A stretch of 54,779 nt of DNA from positions 1 through 54,779 of the forward strand of contig JBLFZA010000001.1 in assembly GCA_047610025.1 (NCBI GenBank), given 5' to 3'. The notes below the pieces were generated by a model, which worked only from the letters and a program-made list of their open reading frames with translations, was not told where the DNA came from and ran no database searches. Position numbers and translations under genes: made by a program. Below, piece by piece: positions 45,110-52,210 of this stretch. Each line of letters begins with the position of its first letter. Within the stretch, counting starts at the first letter, position 1. This stretch comes from Bradymonadia bacterium. GTDB taxonomy: Bacteria; Myxococcota_A; Bradymonadia; REDH01.

Positions 45110-45916
45110 CTAGGGCGGCGACGAGCCGACCTCAAGCCATGCGGGCAACATCGTCATGGCTGAAGCCGTCTCTACGATTTGCTCGATCGCGTCAACTTCA
45201 CCTCCAAGGTCGTCCATGGCGGCGAGGAGATTCTCGGCTGGCGCTCGAATCGGGCCCTCGAGCGCCGCGAAGGCGGTACGCGCCGCGTTGGTCACGATTC
45301 CGAGGCCGAGGGGAGCCGCGCTGTCAGTGAGCGCGCCCTCGACGCGCGTCCATCCGTCAAGGGCGCTCCGTAGTGCCTCTGCTGCCGGGGAGACCTGGGC
45401 GCGAACGGTCACGAGATCGCGTTCGAGGGTGGTCGCTTCTTCGCGTAAGCGGAGCAGTTGGGCCCGACTCGTCCACCCCCACGCCGACGAGTTCCAAAGC
45501 TGCGTGAACTCGCGCGAACTCGACTCGCTCGCTTCGAGTCCTGCGAGGATCTCGTCGGCGTCCGCGAGAACGGTCACCAATGAGTCGACGCCAAGGTCTG
45601 CAGCCGCGATGATGTCCGAACGGCGCCGCACGACTTCCCACGGTTGGGTCGCTTGGCCCAGCACGGTGATTTCAGAATCTCTCCACCGGTCGAATCGATC
45701 AACGACGTCGGTGTGGGTCCGCAGCGCGACGAGGGTGGTTCGAACGCGCAGTAATTGTTGGGTGCGCTCGGCGACACGCTCCGACAGGTCTGGTGTCGCC
45801 CTGCCGATCTCTCGAAGCTGGTGAGTCATGATCACGGGCTCGACAACGAACATCCAAGCGCTGCCGGTGAGCAGCGCAAAAACCAACAGCGCCACGATGA
45901 AGCGTAGGAGCTTCAT
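45110..45916 (-). CDS. Hypothetical single-pass membrane protein with helical/coiled-coil ectodomain
   Basis: MKLLRFIVALLVFALLTGSAWMFVV is followed by an Ala/Leu/Arg/Glu-rich helical sequence. Same strand as its neighbours and tightly spaced (the upstream gene stops at 45956). The alternative start is ATG 45949. Confidence 0.6.
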   Translation of the reverse strand: MKLLRFIVALLVFALLTGSAWMFVVEPVIMTHQLREIGRATPDLSERVAERTQQLLRVRTTLVALRTHTDVVDRFDRWRDSEITVLGQATQPWEVVRRRSDIIAAADLGVDSLVTVLADADEILAGLEASESSSREFTQLWNSSAWGWTSRAQLLRLREEATTLERDLVTVRAQVSPAAEALRSALDGWTRVEGALTDSAAPLGLGIVTNAARTAFAALEGPIRAPAENLLAAMDDLGGEVDAIEQIVETASAMTMLPAWLEVGSSPP

Positions 45917-45955
45917 CGTGGCGCTGGCTCTGCTGCGTTGTGCAGTCACTGGGTT

Positions 45956-47971
45956 CTACTCAAGCACGTAGGCGGCGCCAGCGGCGGCCCCGTCATTCGA
46001 GTCACGGATGGCGCCCACCGCGATCCGGTTTCCGGTAGTGGCGACGGCTGCGCCGAAGCGCGCACCTGTGGTGGCGTCGCCGGCGACAAAGGAGCCGCCG
46101 TCGGCCCAAATGGTGCCATCGAATTCGTAGACGAAAACAACTCCGCCTCGGCTGACCGCGCCCGAGTTATCGCGGAACGCTCCGACTGCGAGGGTGTCGC
46201 CGGAGAGCGCGACGCTCTGCCCGAAGCGATCTCCCGCTACCGTGCTGGGGTCGCGGAGCGATGCTGCCAACGCCCAGACGCCGCCAACCAGATTGTAGAT
46301 GTAGGCTTCGCCGTTTGCGCCGCTGGCGCCAATTGCCAGCCGCGTCGCGGCGCCACTCACCGAACCGCCGAAGCCACCGCCAACCGCGCCGACAGGAGAC
46401 GCGATAACGGCTTCTTCTGCCCAGGTTCCTTCGGTGTTTCGGAACACGTACACCGCACCATGCGACCCTTCTCCAGGAGCGCCAACGAAGGCGACATCGC
46501 CGACGATGTCGACCGAGCTGCCGTAGCTCGCGTCGCTGTTCAGAGCGACGCTCGGCGTCAACGCCGAGGCAGTCCACACTCCGACAACCTCTGCGTAGAC
46601 GTAGGCGGCCCCGGGGCCGGCCACGTCGAAGCCCGTTCCGCTGCCCGTCCCCGGCGCGCCGACGATGAAGGTGTCGCCGTCAACGCCAACAGCGTCGCCG
46701 AACTTAGCACGTTCAACGGTGCCCCCAGGAGTCAAGGTGGCATCAAGAGTCCAGGTTGTTCCTGCTCGCGTGAAGACGTGAGCTTCCCCATTGTCATCTG
46801 CTTGCCAGCCGCCGACGACGATCAACTCATCGTCAATCGCCACGGCCGAACCAAACCGGTCCCACTCCGCCACGACGCCCACTCCGAGCTCTTGCTCGAG
46901 GACCCAACCGGCGATTCGCTCGTGCCGGTAGACGTACGCCGAGCCTCCGTAGCGGATATGGCGGTCCGATTTGTCCGCTCCGACGATCATGCGGATACCG
47001 TCGGCGGCAATGCTCGAGCCCAATTCATCTCTAGCCTCCGTATCACCGACGACATGCGATTCGCTCAAGCGCGCCTCGGATGCAAAAGCGTCGGGGCAGC
47101 TGAAGACGCCAACATCCACGGCCGCGCCGTCATTCTGGACCTCGACGCGGTGCCAGAGCTCCCCTGGGAAGCCGGCAACGCCATCACATTCCAGCACCTC
47201 AAGCCCAGCGGCACGCACTGAGCCATCGCGCGGGTACATGAATCGAACGACCGTTGAGCAGTCGGCGGCGTCCGACACGTAGAAGCGGAAGTGTACGATG
47301 CCGAGGACTGCGACATCGGCGACGGTGCTGCTCCACTTGTCGGACGAGAAGGTGGCAGACAACGTGCCATGGTCGAGCGTTTGAATGCAGACGAATTCGT
47401 CGCCCGCAACATCCTCTAAGAGGTTCTGAATCCGGAGCTGGAGGTCGAACTCAGTCTCCGTTGGCACCGGACAGACGTCCGGTCCCCAGCTGCCAACGGT
47501 ACTCGTGCTGGTGATTTCGGCTTGAATCCACGTCAAGCCGCCAGAGTCGGCGCAGGCTGTCACGGGTACCCGCCGAAGCGCGGCGACCGAAGACTCGCCG
47601 TCGCCGGGCCAGAGGTCCCCATCATCGGAGGCACATGTCGAAAGCACCGACTCGAAGTATCGGAAGCGATAGGTGCTCGGCAGCGAAAGAAACGGCTTCA
47701 CCGTCCACTTTGAACCCGTGAAGGTCATGGGCACCGGCGCGAAGCCCTGGATCTCTAAGCACGCGGTCGCGCTGCCGGTTATCACGGAGCCTTGGTAGCG
47801 GAACTGCACCTTCACGGTGGGCGTGCCCTTCGGAATCAGCCGTTCGCCGGACTGGTCAACTGCCGTGAGTTCGACGCCGTCGTGGTCCAGTTCTGACGCG
47901 CAGGCGCCTACCGACGCGACGGCTGTCACGAGCGCCGCGCGATGCAGCAAGGTCGTTAGCAGGTTTCTCAT
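45956..47971 (-). CDS. Lipoprotein with two N-terminal beta-sandwich-like domains and a seven-blade integrin-alpha-type FG-GAP propeller
   Basis: Signal MRNLLTTLLHRAALVTAVASVGAC. Seven [FY]G.[SA]V...G....VGA blades: LGSSIAADGIRMIVGA, RFGSAVAIDDELIVVG, KFGDAVGVDGDTFIVGAP, YGSSVDIVGDVAFVGAP, GFGGSVSGAATRLAIGA, RFGQSVALSGDTLAVGA, RFGAAVATTGNRIAVGA. Confidence 0.85.
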   Translation of the reverse strand: MRNLLTTLLHRAALVTAVASVGACASELDHDGVELTAVDQSGERLIPKGTPTVKVQFRYQGSVITGSATACLEIQGFAPVPMTFTGSKWTVKPFLSLPSTYRFRYFESVLSTCASDDGDLWPGDGESSVAALRRVPVTACADSGGLTWIQAEITSTSTVGSWGPDVCPVPTETEFDLQLRIQNLLEDVAGDEFVCIQTLDHGTLSATFSSDKWSSTVADVAVLGIVHFRFYVSDAADCSTVVRFMYPRDGSVRAAGLEVLECDGVAGFPGELWHRVEVQNDGAAVDVGVFSCPDAFASEARLSESHVVGDTEARDELGSSIAADGIRMIVGADKSDRHIRYGGSAYVYRHERIAGWVLEQELGVGVVAEWDRFGSAVAIDDELIVVGGWQADDNGEAHVFTRAGTTWTLDATLTPGGTVERAKFGDAVGVDGDTFIVGAPGTGSGTGFDVAGPGAAYVYAEVVGVWTASALTPSVALNSDASYGSSVDIVGDVAFVGAPGEGSHGAVYVFRNTEGTWAEEAVIASPVGAVGGGFGGSVSGAATRLAIGASGANGEAYIYNLVGGVWALAASLRDPSTVAGDRFGQSVALSGDTLAVGAFRDNSGAVSRGGVVFVYEFDGTIWADGGSFVAGDATTGARFGAAVATTGNRIAVGAIRDSNDGAAAGAAYVLE

Positions 47972-48280
47972 TGCGACTTCTGTTCAATGGGGAACGCGCG
48001 ACCAGGGGAGTGGAAGCACGGTGTTAGCTCACAACGGTACATCGGTACTTACGCTGCTCAATTTAGTTCGAGTATTAGACACTTCATCGTTGTCGAGGCG
48101 AAAGTCTAGAAGAACAGTGAGGATCTCGTGCCGTGTGCCGGAGTACGCTCGAGCACAGTGCTCCGGGGTTGAGGCCTACTGCTCGGGGATCGCGTTGATA
48201 TAGTACAGGCCGCCCTGGGGGCCTTGAGCAGCGCGAAGCGTCCCGCCGGGATGTCCGGGCCCGGAACAATGACCTCGCCA

Positions 48281-48703
48281 TCAGACGCTCTCACACGTCT
48301 CGTCGGTGTCGACGACCGTGACGTACACCGCCCACATTGGCGGCATCTCGCCCCATTCCTGCGCGATCGTCGTCCCGAGAGCGATGGTGTTGCCGTGGTT
48401 GTGGCACAGCTTCAGGCCGCCAGCGCCATCCTCGACCGTCCACCCGAACAGGTCGGCATAGAACATCGACGCGGTGTTTACGTCCCTGGCGTCGTGCTCG
48501 TTCCAGCACCACGTGTTGGGGATGTTTGCGACGGTGTGCCCCTGATAGGGGAACATCCAATACGGATGGTTACTTGGCGTCTTCTGCTTCGCCGCAGTCC
48601 AACCGAAGAGCGCTCCGTACCATTTGGCAGCGGCTTCGCCGTCCCTCGTCGTGAGGTCGATCCAGTTAGCATGGCCGTGCGGATGCGATTCGAATGTGGA
48701 CAT
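48281..48703 (-). CDS. VOC (glyoxalase/bleomycin-resistance) family protein, probably 3'-truncated by frameshifts
   Basis: WIDLTTRDGEAAAKWYGALFGWT and ARDVNTASMFYADLFGWTV are typical VOC module starts. See the finding on the 3' end. Confidence 0.7.
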   Translation of the reverse strand: MSTFESHPHGHANWIDLTTRDGEAAAKWYGALFGWTAAKQKTPSNHPYWMFPYQGHTVANIPNTWCWNEHDARDVNTASMFYADLFGWTVEDGAGGLKLCHNHGNTIALGTTIAQEWGEMPPMWAVYVTVVDTDETCESV

Positions 48704-48756
48704 GCGTTCCTCTTGTCCAACTTGGGTCTTGAGGAGGTACTATGACAGCGCATTGC

Positions 48757-49014
48757 TTATCTGTACAGAAGGCGGGGATGCGCTCCCAGGGCGATCGCAA
48801 GAAGTTCTTCTTCTTGGACTCCGTCCAAACCTGCCAAAGGCTTCGCCCTTGGAACCCACGGAATCTGCTCCGCAGTTTCCTCTGTTGGATGAATCTCAGG
48901 CGCAAACCCCAGCTGATTCGCCAAAATTCGCGGTGTGACCTCTTCTTTCGGCCACTCTGGTCGCGCTCCACCATCGAGGCGTAGCGTTCCGGCATTCGAC
49001 GTGTCGCTTGACAT
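48757..49014 (-). CDS. Hypothetical protein (85 aa), divergent from the ArsR gene
   Basis: Open frame only, with no recognisable motif, in a lower-GC patch. Competing ORFs overlap it, so this is a weak call. Confidence 0.3.
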   Translation of the reverse strand: MSSDTSNAGTLRLDGGARPEWPKEEVTPRILANQLGFAPEIHPTEETAEQIPWVPRAKPLAGLDGVQEEELLAIALGAHPRLLYR

Positions 49015-49058
49015 GAAACCAAATGGTTTCTAGTGGGCGCAACCTAGAGGTTTCGTAT

Positions 49059-49373
49059 ATGTCAGAGCAACTGGTTTTCAGGGCACTCGCCGACCCCACC
49101 CGCCGGAGCATCATCGCGATGCTGGCCGAGGGGGAGCGCACGCTGGGGCAGATCGCGTCGAACTACGACATGACGCGGCCGGCCGTGAGCAAACATCTCA
49201 TCATTCTGCGAGAAGGCGGCCTTATCGATGTGCGCGCGAGCGGACGTGAGCGTCTGCACACACTGCGCCCGGAAGCGTTGAAACCGGTATCCGACTGGCT
49301 GGGATTCTACATCCAATTCTGGGACCAACAATTGGAGCACCTGAAACAAGCTGTGGAGGCTGATGATGAGTAA
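49059..49373 (+). CDS. ArsR/SmtB-family transcriptional regulator
   Basis: FRALADPTRRSIIAMLAEGERTLGQIASNYDMTRPAVSKHLIILREGGLI is a canonical ArsR wHTH. Start at MSEQ (ATG 49059). Confidence 0.92.
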   Translation: MSEQLVFRALADPTRRSIIAMLAEGERTLGQIASNYDMTRPAVSKHLIILREGGLIDVRASGRERLHTLRPEALKPVSDWLGFYIQFWDQQLEHLKQAVEADDE

Positions 49374-49773
49374 CGGCGTGATTGTGAAGACGATTGTTCT
49401 AAAGGCGAGCCCGGAGAAGGTCTGGCGATTCTTAACCGAGAAAGACAAGCTAGCTCGCTGGTTTCACGAGACAGATCGAGACCTGACGGAGCCGTCGGCG
49501 TTTCACTATCTCCGGCACGATGATGAAGCAGAAGACCGCAAGATGATGTGGGGCGACGTCCTTGAGATCGTGCCGCATTCCAAACTCGTCCATACATTCA
49601 CGCATCAATGGCTCGAAGGCGTGGTGACGACGGTGACGTGGGAGCTGACGCCGATTGAGGATGGCACACAGCTGAGGATGACTCACGAGGGGCTAAACAC
49701 ACTCGCGGCGCTGAGCGGCCACGACTCGGGTTGGGATCAGCACCTCACGAGGCTGCGCAACATCGCGAGCTAG
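49363..49773 (+). CDS. SRPBCC-superfamily protein, AHSA1 (activator of Hsp90 ATPase homolog 1-like) type
   Basis: IVKTIVLKASPEKVWRFLTEKDKLARWF...G.V.E..P...L..T.....VTWEL.P...GT.L...H.G. It overlaps the ArsR gene by 11 nt; ArsR-SRPBCC is a common two-gene cassette. Confidence 0.9.
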   Translation: MMSNGVIVKTIVLKASPEKVWRFLTEKDKLARWFHETDRDLTEPSAFHYLRHDDEAEDRKMMWGDVLEIVPHSKLVHTFTHQWLEGVVTTVTWELTPIEDGTQLRMTHEGLNTLAALSGHDSGWDQHLTRLRNIAS

Positions 49774-49923
49774 ATAATGGGCGCCGCGTGTCGGTGGCAT
49801 CGGCTGCGGCGGGGCGGTTTCTTTGGGCAGCGGCGGGGCCGGCGCGCGTGATTTGGCTGCGCTCGTGCCCAACAGAAGCTCGGGCTCTCAGCGCAGAATC
49901 CCCGCGTCGCAGTGGTCGGACCC

Positions 49924-49964
49924 CACTGGCTTGTTAAGGGGAACACTGGTGATTCAAGCCAGTG
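49924..49964. other. Intergenic hairpin (10-bp perfect stem, 21-nt loop)
   Basis: CACTGGCTTG (49924-49933) pairs with CAAGCCAGTG (49955-49964). It lies between convergent genes and has no U-tract, so it may be a terminator or another RNA or protein-binding element. Confidence 0.3.
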
Positions 49965-50025
49965 CTGGTTCTACGCGACTCGGCGGCGCGCGCTTCCCCG
50001 CCCCCTTCTTGCACGCTAGTGGGGT

Positions 50026-51561
50026 TCAATCGTCGACGGCGCCGTCCGCGATCCACTGTCGAATCATCGCGACGGACGCGTCCGGCAGAAGCTCCGGTGC
50101 GTTAAGCGGCATGTGAGGCACAGCTACGCCGCCGACGCTCGGCGTGCAGGTGGACAGCAGCTGGTAGAGCGTGCTGCCCTCTGGATCGCCGGGCACGATG
50201 AGCGGGTCGGCGCCCGGTCGGCTCACGGAGTGCGTCATCAGGCGCTCGTAGAGCCCGTCGCTGGCGAGGTCGAGGTTCGCGGCCGAGAGAGGGCCGCCGT
50301 GGCAGCTGCTGAATGTGCAGCTCGGTCGGAAAATGGCGCTCTCAATGGCTGAGAGCGTGGTGTCACCCGGAGGCGCGGCGTCGCTTGGCGTGTCGACGCA
50401 GACGCCTTCTAGCCGCTCCGTCACCGTCCCATCTGATGGGGGGAGGTAGAGGTCGCCCGCGATCTCCTCGTCGGTCGGCCCGCGCTGCTCGCGGTTCTGC
50501 GGAATACCTATCACCGAGCAGGCGCCTTCGTTGAGAAGCCTGCCTTCGCCCTCGACCGTCGAGTCGGTGCTGTCGACGGTGCCATCGATCATGAAGCCAG
50601 ACTCCGCCAAGGCGAGCATGACGCACATCTCTTGATCCCCAATTCCCCAGCCCACCGAGTTGGGCGTCGGGTTGTAGAACCCGCAAGTAAAGCGCAGCCC
50701 GTCCGCGTCGCTGAGCTCCAAGGGAGGGTCGAAGGCTTGCCCGTTCGCGTCGCTGTTGAACCCATCTAGCTCGTAGAGGACGTCTCCGTCATTGGGGCCG
50801 CCGAGCACCTCGAGGCGAAAGTGATTCCCGAGGTAGTGGTAGTGGGGGACCACCCAGTGAATCTTGATGTCTCCGTTTCCAACCCGGCTCAGATCGCACT
50901 CGGCCGAGAAGCGCGCGTCCGCGCCCGCTGGGATGTCGAGGTCGAGGTAGGTGAAGCGAATTGGGCCGAGGATTGCGTCGACCTCGCGCGGATGGATGAG
51001 GTCGAGCTGCATGCGCAGCTCGGTGCTGCGTGTTTGGTTTGAGAGGTTCAGCAGGTGCGCGGCTGCGATGATACTGGAACGGGCCGGGATCTTGATGACC
51101 GCCCCGTCGCGAAAGGCCTGTTCTTCAAAGAGTGACTGCGTGCTCTGGGCAAAGAGCACCGTGCCCTTGATGGCCGCATCGAGCTCCGTGAATCGACGCT
51201 CGTCGCAGGGGAAGTATCCGTCTGGCCCAGCGTACAAGTCGTCCGGAACAGAGAACCAGTTCGAGTGGTGGAAGCCCCCTTCGTTCGCGAGCACCACCCT
51301 GTTTACGTAGAGGGGCTGCTCGTTGTTGAGGGTCCAGACGACGCACGGCGACGTCTCTTCGAATGGCTCGAGCTCGAACACGCCGAACGAGTGATAGACG
51401 GAGCCTGGTGCGGGCTCGAAAGGTGGCCGTTCAGCCGCGTCCGCGCCGTCCACTGCGTCTGCTGGGCCGTCGGCTGCTGCTCCGTCAGTTGACGGCGAGT
51501 CGTCGCAAGCGAGCAGCGCAAGCAACGCAATTGAGACACTGAAGAGGAGGCGCTTCGACAT
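50026..51561 (-). CDS. Lipoprotein resembling copper type II ascorbate-dependent monooxygenases (PHM/DBH-like), with a C-terminal planctomycete-cytochrome-c-like domain
   Basis: Lipobox LLALLAC. His/Met ligand pattern: GGFHHSNWF, AAHLLN, PHYHYLG, RFTCGFYN....GWGIGDQEMC. C-terminus: IFRPSCTFSSCHGG...IVPGDPEGSTLYQLL...MPLNAPELL....IRQWIADGA. The CDS is confident; the function is moderately so. Confidence 0.75.
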   Translation of the reverse strand: MSKRLLFSVSIALLALLACDDSPSTDGAAADGPADAVDGADAAERPPFEPAPGSVYHSFGVFELEPFEETSPCVVWTLNNEQPLYVNRVVLANEGGFHHSNWFSVPDDLYAGPDGYFPCDERRFTELDAAIKGTVLFAQSTQSLFEEQAFRDGAVIKIPARSSIIAAAHLLNLSNQTRSTELRMQLDLIHPREVDAILGPIRFTYLDLDIPAGADARFSAECDLSRVGNGDIKIHWVVPHYHYLGNHFRLEVLGGPNDGDVLYELDGFNSDANGQAFDPPLELSDADGLRFTCGFYNPTPNSVGWGIGDQEMCVMLALAESGFMIDGTVDSTDSTVEGEGRLLNEGACSVIGIPQNREQRGPTDEEIAGDLYLPPSDGTVTERLEGVCVDTPSDAAPPGDTTLSAIESAIFRPSCTFSSCHGGPLSAANLDLASDGLYERLMTHSVSRPGADPLIVPGDPEGSTLYQLLSTCTPSVGGVAVPHMPLNAPELLPDASVAMIRQWIADGAVDD

Positions 51562-51647
51562 AGAGGCTCGCGGCTGAGAAGGAGGGCGGGTACTCTAGAG
51601 CGCTGGCCCCTCGCCCTCCATCATGACCGAACGATGACCGTTTTCCA

Positions 51648-52208
51648 ATGAGGCCCCGACACTTCGTTGGTTCCACGCTCGTCATCTTGTTGGCAGGATG
51701 CGGTGCGGACGAGGCTGACCCAGGCGTTTGCACTGGCTTGGCGTCCCCGCGCGTGATCGCCCCTGCTGCGGGCTGGAGACAGGTCGCCCTGGGGGCGGAC
51801 CCGTTCTATGAGGGCTCCGATGCCCCGGTGAGCTGTGCGCCCGCGACGTTCGGGCTCGAAGCCGGCGTCGACGGCGAGTGGTGGGGAATCGAGACGGTGC
51901 AGTGCGGCTACGTCACTTTTGAGCAGCCGACGGCGACGGCGCTTTGCCCAGGCGACGAGGTCGTCATGCGGCTCTGGCACTTCAATCTGCTCGACAACGA
52001 CGCGGACTTCGAAGCGTTGCTGGCGGTCGACGCGGCCACCCCGTTGATTCGCGAGACCATTCCGATTCCAGCAGATGCCCGGCTTGTCGAGATGCGCGCG
52101 ACCCTCGTGGAGTTCGTGGATGCAGGCACCCCGCTCTTGTTTCATCTCGAGAATCACGGGTCGAACAGCTGGGGGTTGCTGGACGTTGTCGTCGAGCGTT
52201 CGAGGTGA
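51648..52208 (+). CDS. Hypothetical lipoprotein
   Basis: Signal and lipobox MRPRHFVGSTLVILLAGC. 186 aa with no recognisable motif. Divergent from the monooxygenase-like gene. Confidence 0.6.
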   Translation: MRPRHFVGSTLVILLAGCGADEADPGVCTGLASPRVIAPAAGWRQVALGADPFYEGSDAPVSCAPATFGLEAGVDGEWWGIETVQCGYVTFEQPTATALCPGDEVVMRLWHFNLLDNDADFEALLAVDAATPLIRETIPIPADARLVEMRATLVEFVDAGTPLLFHLENHGSNSWGLLDVVVERSR

Positions 52209-52210
52209 AC

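Noticed and set aside
45938-47221. 427-aa plus-strand ORF opposite the FG-GAP propeller gene
   Set aside because: The antisense frame is Arg/Ala/Gly-rich and motif-free, while the minus frame shows seven regular FG-GAP blades and a lipoprotein signal.
47972-48280. Small ORFs (48084..48281 -, 48106..48294 -) and a possible sRNA or tRNA in the AT-richer spacer
   Set aside because: I could see no tRNA-like T-arm or cloverleaf. The minus-strand ORFs are better explained as out-of-frame continuations of the VOC gene (see the finding). The remaining 47972-48175 is probably the promoter or 5' UTR of the six-gene operon.
51250-51270. CTFSSCH in the monooxygenase-like protein (actual position about 50266-50286 on the minus strand) as a c-type haem-binding site
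   Set aside because: The canonical motif is CxxCH. This one has four intervening residues, so I treat the domain as a degenerate cytochrome-like fold rather than a haem protein.
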